Positions 21,016 to 30,552 are shown, numbered from the stretch's first letter. The stretch: 64,000 bases of DNA from an uncultured Alphaproteobacteria bacterium (GCA_944390885.1 CALXRP010000006.1:2216-66215), one strand, 5' to 3'. The notes: generated by a model not told the origin, from the sequence alone. Program-made: numbers and translations.

Positions 21016-21082
21016 GAATGACTGTGCCTTTATGCCCTTCACAACCCCCGCCGGGTGCGCCGCCGCCGTTCGGCCGGACGGA

Positions 21083-24000
21083 TTAAAATTCATAACTAAC
21101 ACCGGCTTGGAGGTCAAAACCTTCGCGTCCGCCGTTACGATAAACAAGTTGGAAATAGCTGTCCACAACATCCCATTCCTTTATCACGCCAAGCGCATAT
21201 TCACTATATGGCTTAACCGATATTTCCGGCAAAACAACATTATTCGCCTTAACCTTGCTGTCATCAACCAGATTCCAATAATAACTATACCCGATATACG
21301 GCATCCAGCCGTTGCCGACATCCCACATCAGGCGCAGTCCGGGCGTCAGCTGTACAATCTGTATGGCGTCGGAATCTATATCAACACCGGCAGATGTTGT
21401 ATAATCTGATGTTTTCACATAAGTATAACTTCCCATAAAGCTCGGCTGCAGTGTAAAGCCGTCCCCGAGATAAAAATTCCTGCCGGCTTTCATGGCAAAA
21501 CCCGTAGAAAGATTATGAAAATCATCCGTGCCAAAACGCGTGTGTGCCTTGCCGTCGCCATACATCACATTAGCTGTCAGTCCTGTCCAGAATTCCCCGC
21601 GTTTAAACATTGCGCTTGCGCCTAATACCGCTGCTTTTTGGTTAATTCTGACACCGTCATATTTCTGACGAGAGCCTGTTGTTCCGACATAGCCGGAAAA
21701 TACGCCGTCCCAACAATTGTCAAAATAAACTTTCCGGCTGTCTAATCCGACAAGCATACCCCATACCCGGTTGTCAACTTTCGGGCCGTTATCCAAACTG
21801 ACTTCTTCATCGCTCATAAACGGCCTCATCCATGCCCGTCCGGCCATCACATCGCCGGATGCCAGACCCGCCGGAGAAACCGGCATCATCGCCGTGTTTC
21901 CTAACGCTTCGCGATAAACATTGGCTTGCGAAATATAAACCCCGGCATTTGTGCTCACCGGAACAGTCGTCACATCCGGGTTCAAATCGCCATAGCTGAC
22001 ATCGCCGCCGGAGGCGCCGCTTTCCGCTTTTCCGGCATTGATAAATTCTATTTCACCGGTAGTTTTGTCATATGACGCATCATATTTATAAATCGGACCA
22101 TATGCTTCTATATCTTTTTTCATGCTTGCCTGTTCCGACAAACCGTCTTTTGTATCAATAACGGCCACTTTTGTGTTGGGTGAAGTCTCATCACTCAAGA
22201 TATTTAACTCGTCAATAAACAATGATCCGCCATGCAGGTTTATGGTATCTGCCGTAATAAAGTCGCCGGTCTTGTTCGCCAGGTCAATATCCAATCCCAA
22301 GCGGGTCACGCCGGACATCAGGTTGAGTTCTTTGGGGCTAAAACGATTGATTGCCTCGTCAATCAGGCTGATTTTTCCGCCAAAAGTATTAAAGCCGCTG
22401 GTTGAAAAGTCGCTCCCTGATTTCATCACCGCCGTAACATCACCGCCTAAATAAAGCGCCTGTTCTTTGACTTCGTTACCAAACTCAACCCGCCCGCTTT
22501 CATCGCCGGTTATGTTTATGCCGGGAAACTCCGAAACACTGACAGGAAGTTGCATAACATACCCGTCTTCGGTCTTATGAAAAACTACTTCCTGCTCGTC
22601 TATAACAATATGATAATCATCGCCTTGTTGCGTAATCTGCGCACCCTGATTTTTCAGGCTTTCCAATACAGCCCCCACATCTTCTGTCGGAAGAATATCA
22701 GAATAATCTCTCGTCACATAGCCGCTATCCGTCCAAGCCAGATGTCCCAGCAGATTCTCTCCGTCATAAACATAATATCCGCCGGCATTATCCGAAACAA
22801 CGTCATAGCGCCCATTTTGGGACAATCCTTCCTCTATATCAATATAAACGCCGTTAATTTTATCATCAAACCGGATAATCCCGTTATTAACGGCATCTAA
22901 GGTCAAACTTCCGAGGTTATAAATTGCTTCACTGTCTTCAATCTTGTTGTCATTCTCATCATTATGAATAACCTTATTGCCGGAGAATTCCGATATTCCG
23001 TTATCGGCTGTGATTGTTAGGGTTCCTTCATTATAAATAGCCCCGCCCAAAGCCTCATTACCTGCTTGAGCATGGTTGTCATAAAAACTGCTGTTGGTTA
23101 TGCTCATCGTTCCTTCATTATAAATAGCCCCACCGAAAGCATCGCCATTATCAGCTCGAGCATAGTTGTCATAAAAATTGCTGTTGGTTATGCTCATCGT
23201 TCCGTTAGAGCCATTATATATCGCCCCGCCTTGGGCTGTTTTACTCGTCGCAAGTGACTGAGCATAGTTACCACTAAAATCTCCGGTGATATCCCCAATG
23301 ATACCGCTATTATAAATAGCTCCGCCTTGGCCCCAGCCGTTAGCATAGTTACCGGTAAAATCGCCGGTGATATTGCCGATACTTCCGCTATTATCAATAG
23401 CCCCGCCGAAAGCATCGCTAGTATTTGATTGAGTATAATTACCGGTAAAATCGCCGGTGATATTGCCGATACTTCCGCTATTATCAATAGCCCCGCCGAA
23501 AGCACGGCCCTTATCAGCTTGAGCATAGTTACCGGTAAAATCGCCGGTGATATTGCCGATACTTCCGCTATTATCAATAGCCCCGCCGAAAGCACGGCCC
23601 TTATCAGCTTGAGCATAGTTACCGGTAAAATCGCCGGTGATATTGCTGATGCTTCCGATATTATAAATAGCCCCGCCGAAAGCGCTATAAAGAGATGTTG
23701 CATAGTTATTTATAAAATCCGCGTTGATGTAATCCAACGTACCGTTGTTCCTTATAGGAAAAGCATATGTACTGCTGCCCACGCTGCCCATATTTTCAAA
23801 AACCACGTTTTTGATTTGCAAATCTGTTTGGGTAGAGGAAGAAAACTTAAGAAAATTTCCACCAGTTTCATTAGAAATAGAATTTCCCTGGCCGTCAATG
23901 ACAATACCGGGAACAGCTGTAGTAAGTGCAGAATTATCTGGAACAACAATGTTTTTGTCTAAATAGACTGTTCCGCCGGCGCCGGCACCGTCTACGCCGT

Positions 24001-24172
24001 TCTCTACCGCACTCTTCAATTCCGCCCAGGTCGAGACATGAATCTCTGCTGCCCAAACCGGCCTCAAAGCCAGCAAAACCGCCGGAATCAACACACTATA
24101 ATACAACTTCTTTCTAAACATCGTCCCTCTCCAAATTCTTTTGGATAAACTCATTAACGTATCATACCACAT
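21083..24172 (-). CDS. Autotransporter with Pmp-type (GGAI / FxxN) repeat passenger domain and C-terminal beta-barrel
   Basis: Signal peptide (..VLLALRPVWAAE). More than 10 GGAI(Y/D)N and F.GN/FYDN motifs. C-terminal ~280 aa of alternating amphipathic strands ending ..GVSYEF. Confidence 0.75.
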   Translation of the reverse strand: MWYDTLMSLSKRIWRGTMFRKKLYYSVLIPAVLLALRPVWAAEIHVSTWAELKSAVENGVDGAGAGGTVYLDKNIVVPDNSALTTAVPGIVIDGQGNSISNETGGNFLKFSSSTQTDLQIKNVVFENMGSVGSSTYAFPIRNNGTLDYINADFINNYATSLYSAFGGAIYNIGSISNITGDFTGNYAQADKGRAFGGAIDNSGSIGNITGDFTGNYAQADKGRAFGGAIDNSGSIGNITGDFTGNYTQSNTSDAFGGAIDNSGSIGNITGDFTGNYANGWGQGGAIYNSGIIGDITGDFSGNYAQSLATSKTAQGGAIYNGSNGTMSITNSNFYDNYARADNGDAFGGAIYNEGTMSITNSSFYDNHAQAGNEALGGAIYNEGTLTITADNGISEFSGNKVIHNDENDNKIEDSEAIYNLGSLTLDAVNNGIIRFDDKINGVYIDIEEGLSQNGRYDVVSDNAGGYYVYDGENLLGHLAWTDSGYVTRDYSDILPTEDVGAVLESLKNQGAQITQQGDDYHIVIDEQEVVFHKTEDGYVMQLPVSVSEFPGINITGDESGRVEFGNEVKEQALYLGGDVTAVMKSGSDFSTSGFNTFGGKISLIDEAINRFSPKELNLMSGVTRLGLDIDLANKTGDFITADTINLHGGSLFIDELNILSDETSPNTKVAVIDTKDGLSEQASMKKDIEAYGPIYKYDASYDKTTGEIEFINAGKAESGASGGDVSYGDLNPDVTTVPVSTNAGVYISQANVYREALGNTAMMPVSPAGLASGDVMAGRAWMRPFMSDEEVSLDNGPKVDNRVWGMLVGLDSRKVYFDNCWDGVFSGYVGTTGSRQKYDGVRINQKAAVLGASAMFKRGEFWTGLTANVMYGDGKAHTRFGTDDFHNLSTGFAMKAGRNFYLGDGFTLQPSFMGSYTYVKTSDYTTSAGVDIDSDAIQIVQLTPGLRLMWDVGNGWMPYIGYSYYWNLVDDSKVKANNVVLPEISVKPYSEYALGVIKEWDVVDSYFQLVYRNGGREGFDLQAGVSYEF
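23261..23710. repeat. Intragenic 90-nt tandem repeats (about 5 copies, two identical) encoding the 30-aa unit FGGAIDNSGSIGNITGDFTGNYAQADKGRA
   Basis: Copies at 23441..23530 and 23531..23620 are identical. Flanking copies at ~23351 and ~23621 are diverged. Confidence 0.8.
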
Positions 24173-24249
24173 TTCTCACCCAAAATCAATGAATATTTGA
24201 AAGTGCTAAATTTATTTTGTCTTCCGAGTCTCCTTTCTCTCCGTGCTTA

Positions 24250-25005
24250 TTTTTTTATCATCATCCCGAGCCCGTTTTTTCTAGTCATCCCCGGGCACTT
24301 TATTTTTTCTCGTCATCCCCGGGCTTGACCCGGGGATCCAAATCAAACATAAGGCTTCTTTTTTATCTGGATTCTCGGGTCAAGCCCGAGAATGACAGTA
24401 CCTTTATGCTCTTCACAACTCCCGCCGGAGCACCGCGGCCTCTGTGGTACAGTACTTTCAACCCGCCGCGCGCCTGCCGTGCAGGTCATCCCCAGGCTAT
24501 CTTTTTTATTATGTCATCCCCGGGCACTTTATTTTTTCTCGTCATCCCCGGGCTTGACCCGGGGATCCAAATCAAACATAAGGCTTCTTTATTTATCTGG
24601 ATTCTCGGGTCAAGCCCGAGAATGACAATACCTTTATGTTCTTCACAACTCCCGCCTGAGCACCGCGGGTCACGGAGCACATTGCTTTCAACCCGCCGCG
24701 CGCCTGCCGTGCAGGTCATCCCCGGGCACTTTATTTTTTATGTCATCCCCGGGCACTTTATTTTTTATGTCATCCCCGGGCAGTGTTTTTTTCTAGTCAT
24801 CCCCGGGCTTCGACCCGGGGATCCACTCTTCAAGGCACAATCTTGACCGTGGAAAACAATAGAGCAACGCGGTCTCTGGAGCACAATTCTGACAACTGAC
24901 CGCTCAGGCCGTTGCCTGTGGATTCTCGGGTCAAGCCCGAGAATGACTAGAAAAAAGAATCCGAGAATGACATAGGAAAAGAAAGCCTGAGAATGACGGT
25001 GCTTA
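24250..25005. repeat. Cluster D of the palindromic MITE/REP-like repeat family (5' flank of autotransporter gene), including a tandemly duplicated ~215-bp composite unit
   Basis: Composite unit = half-site + GTCATCCCCGGGCTTGACCCGGGGATCC + spacer + GGATTCTCGGGTCAAGCCCGAGAATGACA + core ending CGCGCGCCTGCCGTGCAGGTCATCCCC. Present at 24274..24494 and again at 24508..24723, then 3 half-sites, a full hairpin, a second core type and a right-end inverted unit with degenerate half-sites. Confidence 0.85.
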
Positions 25006-25269
25006 AAAACAATTCCCCCTCTTTGCTAAGAGGGGGATAGGGGGCGTTAGAAATGCCCTTTAACGAGTACTTCTTAGTCTTTGTGAAAAAGAGGAAATTA
25101 AAATCACTATGTGTCTTCTTGCCGTCTTAGCCTTGCGCTTAGACGGCCTGAACTTTTTCACGAAGACTTAGAAAACGAGTTCAGAGCTAGTATTTTTGCT
25201 TTTATGGCTGCCGACGTTCGGCCGCGATCCTCATGGCACCGCATAAACCGATCGCCGCCGACGTTCGGC

Positions 25270-25286
25270 TGGCACGGTATTTGCAT
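25270..25286 (+). promoter_or_regulatory. Sigma54 (RpoN) -24/-12 promoter upstream of flgF
   Basis: TGGCAC-GGTAT-TTGCA matches TGGCAC-N5-TTGCW exactly. It lies ~45 nt upstream of the flgF start. Confidence 0.65.
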
Positions 25287-25331
25287 CATAGAAAGCAAAA
25301 TAAAAAATTATCCGCTATTGGGGAGAATAAA

Positions 25332-26075
25332 ATGGATAATACAAAATACATTGCGTTGTCGCGCCAAATGGGGTTATGGAAACAAATGAACATTGTTTCC
25401 AACAATATGGCGAATATGAACACCGCCGGTTATAAGCAGGATGACGCAGTATTCAGCTCTTACATTGTCAAAACAGAAGGAGCCAAAGGCTTTGGACAGG
25501 TTCCTCTGTATTTTACGCAAGACTTCGGAACATTTAAGGACTTTCAGGAAGGCGCATTCCAGGAAACGGGAAATTCGCTTGACGTGGCTCTGCAGGGCGA
25601 TGCTTTCTTTGCCATTGAGACGCCGCACGGTGAAATGTATACCAAAAAAGGACAATTTTCACTGGATGCCAACGGTATGATTGTAACAAAAGACGGCGAT
25701 GCGCTGCTTTCTGAAAATAACGAGCCGTTTTTTATCGCTCCGGGCGAAAAAGAAATTGTCATTAGCGAAAACGGCGAAGTTTCGACGGAAACGGGCATCA
25801 TCGGCCGCTTAAAACTGGTTAGTTTTGAAAATGAGCAAAACCTTTTAAAAATCGGCGGCACGAAATTTGCAAATACCGAAGGCAACATGATGACGGTCGG
25901 CGGCAACAACACGCGCGTTCTGCAGGGGAAGGTAGAAGAATCTAACGTGCAGCCGATTGTTGAAATGACAAAAATGATTAATTTGCAACGTTCTTATGAA
26001 TATGTGCAGCAGATGATTGACGAGGAGCATGAACGCCTTTCCAACACCATCAGCACTTATTCGGAACTTATATAA
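25332..26075 (+). CDS. flgF: Flagellar basal-body rod protein FlgF
   Basis: N-terminal rod motif (..SRQMGLWKQMNIVSNNMANMNTAGYK) and C-terminal rod motif (..VQGKVEESNV..EMTKMINLQRSYE). Confidence 0.8.
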   Translation: MDNTKYIALSRQMGLWKQMNIVSNNMANMNTAGYKQDDAVFSSYIVKTEGAKGFGQVPLYFTQDFGTFKDFQEGAFQETGNSLDVALQGDAFFAIETPHGEMYTKKGQFSLDANGMIVTKDGDALLSENNEPFFIAPGEKEIVISENGEVSTETGIIGRLKLVSFENEQNLLKIGGTKFANTEGNMMTVGGNNTRVLQGKVEESNVQPIVEMTKMINLQRSYEYVQQMIDEEHERLSNTISTYSELI

Positions 26076-26095
26076 TAATTTAGAGGGGAAAAATT

Positions 26096-26884
26096 ATGAG
26101 AACATTGGATATCGGCGCAACCGGAATGCTGGCACAACAAACCAACGTTGATGTCATCGCCAACAACCTCGCCAATATGAACACCACCGCTTATACCAAA
26201 AGACGGGCAGAATTTACCGACCTCTTGTACCAGAATATTATCCGCCCGGGTTCAGCCTCCACGGCATCGCAGACAATTGTTCCGTCCGGCATCCAGCTTG
26301 GTCTGGGTGTTAGAACAGCTGCCGTTTATCGCATTACCGACGGCGACGGCCTGACCAATACCGGCAACGAGCTCGATTTGGCCATTCGCGGCCGCGGCTA
26401 TTTTCAGGTAGAGCTGCCGGACGGGCAGGGAACGGCTTATACCCGTGACGGTGCTTTTCAAAGAAACGGCGACGGCGTTATCGTAACTCATGACGGCTAT
26501 ACCGTTCAGCCGGAAATTACAATTCCGGAAGATGCGGTTGAAGTTTATGTCAACAACTCCGGCGAGGTCTGGGTCAAACAAGACGGCGAAACAGATGAAG
26601 TCAATGTCGGCCAGCTGGAATTGGCAACTTTCCCGAACGAAGCCGGCTTGGAAGCCGTTGGAAACAACCTGTTTACGGAAACCGAAGCCTCCGGCGCTCC
26701 GATTATCGATAACCCGGATACTGAGGGTTTTGGTTCGATTTTGCAAGGATATTTGTCAACCTCTAACGTCAATCCGGTTTCAGAAATCACCGAGCTGATT
26801 TCCGCTCAACGTGCTTATGAAATGAACTCGAAGGTCATCTCAACCGCAGACCAGATGTTGAGCACAATCAATCAGTTGAGATAA
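26096..26884 (+). CDS. flgG: Flagellar basal-body distal rod protein FlgG
   Basis: MRTLDIGATGMLAQQTNVDVIANNLANMNTTAYTKRRAEF.. and C-terminal ..LQGYLSTSNVNPVSEITELISAQRAYE. Confidence 0.9.
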   Translation: MRTLDIGATGMLAQQTNVDVIANNLANMNTTAYTKRRAEFTDLLYQNIIRPGSASTASQTIVPSGIQLGLGVRTAAVYRITDGDGLTNTGNELDLAIRGRGYFQVELPDGQGTAYTRDGAFQRNGDGVIVTHDGYTVQPEITIPEDAVEVYVNNSGEVWVKQDGETDEVNVGQLELATFPNEAGLEAVGNNLFTETEASGAPIIDNPDTEGFGSILQGYLSTSNVNPVSEITELISAQRAYEMNSKVISTADQMLSTINQLR

Positions 26885-26898
26885 GGGGATAGCGCAAA

Positions 26899-27609
26899 AT
26901 GAAACGTCTGCTGCTGACATTAGCTTTGTTTCTAACGGTTTTTAGCCCGTTTCCGGTTTTCGGACAAACTTTTGTTTCGGAAGAAAAAGTCGCCGACGCA
27001 TTAAAAAAAGAATATGTTGAGCGTTTTGGCTCGGGCGATGAAATTGAGCTGGAATTTTACGGCGGGCAGACCAATTTTGCCATAGAAGAACCGGGAGAGC
27101 TCAAAATTATGGTGTCTAACGCCCGGTTTGACGAGTTGCAAAACAAGTTTTCGGCAGATGCGGAATTTTTTGCCGGCGGGCAATCGGTAGCCAAGTCCTC
27201 TTATTTGGGAAAATATTATATTCTGACGGAAATTTTTGTGCCGGCGCAGAATATTAACAAAGGCGAAATCATCACCGCCGACAAGTTAAAAAGTATCAAA
27301 ACCCGCTCAAACCGGATTAAGCCGCAAAATCTGGTGGACAAAGAAAAACTGCTCAATATGGAAGCCAAAAGAAACTTGCGGGAAGGCAAAATCATCAACG
27401 ACAAAGATGTCGGTAAAGAGATTTTGATCAAAAAAGGCAGTCCGGTCAACCTGGTTTATCAAACGCCGTTTATGCAGATTACAGCCAGAGCCGAGGCCTT
27501 GGAAGACGGAAGTTTGGGCGATAAAATAGAGATTCGCAACACCAAAAGCAAAAGAGATTTATACGGAGAAGTTATTGATGCCGATACGGTGCGTGTTGAG
27601 CAGCAATAA
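26899..27609 (+). CDS. flgA: Flagellar basal-body P-ring formation protein FlgA
   Basis: Signal peptide and a C-terminal SAF-like domain (..VKKGSPVNLVYQ..I.ARAEALEDGSLGDKIEIRN). Sits between flgG and flgH as in Caulobacter. Confidence 0.7.
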   Translation: MKRLLLTLALFLTVFSPFPVFGQTFVSEEKVADALKKEYVERFGSGDEIELEFYGGQTNFAIEEPGELKIMVSNARFDELQNKFSADAEFFAGGQSVAKSSYLGKYYILTEIFVPAQNINKGEIITADKLKSIKTRSNRIKPQNLVDKEKLLNMEAKRNLREGKIINDKDVGKEILIKKGSPVNLVYQTPFMQITARAEALEDGSLGDKIEIRNTKSKRDLYGEVIDADTVRVEQQ

Positions 27610-27624
27610 GAAGAGGAACACAAA

Positions 27625-28386
27625 ATGACGAACAAAACAAACGGTATCAAACTTTGGGCAGGAATGCTGCTGATGGCCACATCCCTTTCCGGTTGCGGGA
27701 TTTGGGGACGCCTGACCTCTATCGGCGAGCTTCCGGAGATCAGCCCGATTGAAAATCCGACCGAGGTCAAAAACTATGAGCCCGTAAGTATGCCGATGCC
27801 GCAGCAGATTGAGGCGCAGCCGATGGCAAATTCGTTATGGAAACCGGGATCTTCCGGATTCTTCAAAGACCAGCGGGCATCAAAAGTCGGTGATATCATT
27901 ACCGTCAAAATCTCCGCAAAAGATAATGCATTAATGGAAAACGAAACCGAGCAAAACCGTGATGACAATAAAGATTCTGTCGGAATAACGTCTTTCCTGG
28001 GTTATGAATCTTATGCCAAAGATTATCTGCCGGATGCCGTTGATGCTTCTGATATAATCAATATCACGTCCAACCGCGAGATTTCCGGCGACGGCAAAAT
28101 TGACCGCCAGGAAAAAATTAATATGACTTTGGCCGCAATAGTAACGCAGGTTTTGCCGAATGGTAATCTGGTTATTGAAGGCAGTCAGGAGATTCGCGTT
28201 AACTACGAGCTCAGACAGATGATGGTCAGAGGAATCATCCGCCGGGCAGACATTGCCTCGGATAATACGATTGAATCGAGCAAGATTGCCGAAATGAGAG
28301 TTTCTTACGGCGGAAAAGGTGTCATCTCCGATGTCCAACAGCCGCGTTACGGCCGCCAGTTGATAGACATCATATCGCCATTCTGA
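27625..28386 (+). CDS. flgH: Flagellar L-ring lipoprotein FlgH
   Basis: Lipobox LSG-C and FlgH core (..ITVKISAKDNA.., ..AAIVTQVLPNGNLVIEGSQEIRVNYELRQMMVRGIIRRADI..). Confidence 0.85.
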   Translation: MTNKTNGIKLWAGMLLMATSLSGCGIWGRLTSIGELPEISPIENPTEVKNYEPVSMPMPQQIEAQPMANSLWKPGSSGFFKDQRASKVGDIITVKISAKDNALMENETEQNRDDNKDSVGITSFLGYESYAKDYLPDAVDASDIINITSNREISGDGKIDRQEKINMTLAAIVTQVLPNGNLVIEGSQEIRVNYELRQMMVRGIIRRADIASDNTIESSKIAEMRVSYGGKGVISDVQQPRYGRQLIDIISPF

Positions 28387-28652
28387 CAAAAGTTTCCCAT
28401 ATTATTATGTTTTGTGGTGTTAAAAAATCTCCCCGTTTTTTACCCGCATAGGGGCTGTCGATCCAGAATAGATCCCCAACTTTGCTGGAAAAGCGCAGCC
28501 CCTTTCCCCAAACGGGTCCGTTTAACTTCCCCAATTTGAGCGGACCCGCTTATTATGAAAGAAAAAAGTGAATAGCTTGAAGTTTACGGTTTAAAAGACC
28601 GGTGCGATAGATTATATAAATAGAGAAAAAATTTTTTTTGTAAGGATGCAAA

Positions 28653-29318
28653 ATGAAAAAGACAGTGAACGAAGTAAAACATGCGGAAAACGAAGCCGAA
28701 ATCTTTTTGAAATATGCGCTGGCAATTTCAAACGCTTTTAACGGCGGTGACGAGATGGAGATTCTGACCGCATTGGACAATAACTTAAAATTATGGGTGG
28801 AGATAGAAACCTCTCTCAAAGATGTAAAGAATTTGCTTCCTGAAGATATCAAAGAAAACCTGTTGAAATTGTCAAAGTTTGTTGAGCGGTTGACTCTTTC
28901 CAAAGGGATTCATATGAGCGCACCGGATTATAACTGCCTGATCAATATCAATATGCAAATCTCGGAAGGGCTTCTGGAAGCTGTTAGAAATCATCTGGCC
29001 AAGGCAGAAGCTTTTTCATTGTTAAAATGTGCGCTTGACATTTCAACTGCCCGCGATAACGAGGATAAAAACAGCCTGATCGAAGCGCTTGATAAAAATA
29101 TGAAACTTTGGGTCTATATCAAAACGCTTGCCAATTCCGAAGACAGCAAAATGCCGAAAGAAACCAAAAACAATCTGATCAAACTGGCAGATTATGTTTC
29201 GGCCAAAACACTGGAAGTCGGAAAAAATATTGATAACTTGAACCAAAAAGCGATTGATAGTATGATCATGACCAATCTGCAAATTTCCGAAGGGCTGATG
29301 TCTAAAAAAAGCGCTTAA
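28653..29318 (+). CDS. flaF: Tandem-duplicated FlaF-like flagellar biosynthesis regulator (FlaF-FlaF fusion)
   Basis: Two ~105-aa repeats each matching the FlaF pattern recalled from memory (..L.LW..I......LPE..K.NL..L..FV......L..LI.IN..I.EGL..). Confidence 0.6.
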   Translation: MKKTVNEVKHAENEAEIFLKYALAISNAFNGGDEMEILTALDNNLKLWVEIETSLKDVKNLLPEDIKENLLKLSKFVERLTLSKGIHMSAPDYNCLININMQISEGLLEAVRNHLAKAEAFSLLKCALDISTARDNEDKNSLIEALDKNMKLWVYIKTLANSEDSKMPKETKNNLIKLADYVSAKTLEVGKNIDNLNQKAIDSMIMTNLQISEGLMSKKSA

Positions 29319-29394
29319 CAGAAAATTGCAGCAAAAAACGCGGAGAATAACCTCCGCGTTTTTTTTGTGTGGCTATAACTTTATTTTCTTTCTA

Positions 29395-29655
29395 GTCATT
29401 GCCGGGCACTTTATTTTTTTTCTAGTCATCCCCGGGCTTCGACCCGGGGATCCATATTTCAAAGCACCTTGTCATTCACAAATCCCGTCATAGCAGCGCG
29501 GTCTCTTAGGCACAGTGTATTCAACTCGCCGCGCGCCTGCCGTGCAGGTCATCCCCGGGCTTGACCCGGCAATCCACTTGGCGTCACCCAAAGGGTGTGA
29601 CCCGGGGATCCGTTTGACGTCACACCCTCAGGGTGACACAGAATGACAGAAAAAA
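29395..29655. repeat. Cluster E of the palindromic MITE/REP-like repeat family
   Basis: Half-sites, GTCATCCCCGGGCTTCGACCCGGGGATCC, core (..CATAGCAGCGCGGTCTCTTAGGCACAGTGTATTCAACTCGCCGCGCGCCTGCCGTGCAGG), GTCATCCCCGGGCTTGACCCGGCAATCC, plus a distinct hairpin pair GTCACCC..GGGTGTGAC / GTCACACCC..GGGTGAC. Confidence 0.8.
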
Positions 29656-29672
29656 TAGGCTGGAGATTTTGG

Positions 29673-30524
29673 CTAATAAACTTTCCAAATATCAGGATAA
29701 ATAGAATCGAAACCCTGGTTATGTTCGGCACCGTCAACAATAATAACCGGGGCGGTACCTCCGACAAAATTGCGAATTAACACCGGCGGCATAACCTTGT
29801 CTTCGCTGCCGGCATAATGAATCTGCGGTACATCAGCAAATTGCCGACGGTAACTTTCCAGATTAAGCGATTCGTTTAACGGCGGAAGATGATGAAACTG
29901 TGTCCAAGCCAAATGGTCAAGATTTCCGGCAATGGTAATAACTTTTTTAATGTTCAGTCCGGGTTTTGCGGCTGCCAAAAGGCCGGCAATCTGCGCCCCG
30001 CCGGAAAATCCGATAAGGATGATTTCCTGCTTTCCGGCAATTTGTTTAACCGCCTCATATTCGGCATTCAATATTTCCGGAGCAAAACGAGCCGTTGTCC
30101 AGTGTCTTTGAGAACAGATTTCACTTTTCACATATTGGCAGGGACGCGCCAGATAAACCACGTTGGGAGACGGATCGCCGAAAGCCAGTTCCCGCATCAT
30201 TGTTCCTTTCGGAGTCGGATCCCTGCTGGGCAGTCCGTGGGCATTGAAGGCGTAGCCGTCTCCTTCAATATAAATTTTGACCGGTAACGTCGGATTGCTT
30301 AACTTCTGCCAACTGGCAAGTTCAAAATTCCGTGTTTTGACGATTCGGAACTGATAAGCGGAAGGAACTTCTAGAGAAGAACAACCGATAATTAAAAAGA
30401 GGAGGACAAGCCCGGTTGAAAGTCTGCGGAAAATAGGCAAAATTTTTCCCTTTGTTACAGTTATGTTAATTCTAAAGCTCAAAGGCCGTGATTTTCTTGA
30501 GTAGATTCTATAATCATTATACAA
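29673..30524 (-). CDS. Alpha/beta-hydrolase-fold lipoprotein (putative esterase)
   Basis: Lipobox LIIG-C. Hydrolase-like GFSGG nucleophile-elbow motif (IILIGFSGGAQIAG). Confidence 0.5.
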   Translation of the reverse strand: MYNDYRIYSRKSRPLSFRINITVTKGKILPIFRRLSTGLVLLFLIIGCSSLEVPSAYQFRIVKTRNFELASWQKLSNPTLPVKIYIEGDGYAFNAHGLPSRDPTPKGTMMRELAFGDPSPNVVYLARPCQYVKSEICSQRHWTTARFAPEILNAEYEAVKQIAGKQEIILIGFSGGAQIAGLLAAAKPGLNIKKVITIAGNLDHLAWTQFHHLPPLNESLNLESYRRQFADVPQIHYAGSEDKVMPPVLIRNFVGGTAPVIIVDGAEHNQGFDSIYPDIWKVY

Positions 30525-30552
30525 TAAAAGTAAAGAGGGGAAATAAACTCGC

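Noticed and set aside
24217-24846. 209-aa plus-strand ORF (and 24392..24625, 24486..24719) lying entirely inside repeat cluster D
   Set aside because: Its translation is just the in-frame reading of the palindromic repeat units (recurring HPRALYFF, SSPGLTRGSKSNIRL peptides). No RBS and no coding periodicity beyond the repeats, so it is an artefact of repeat structure.
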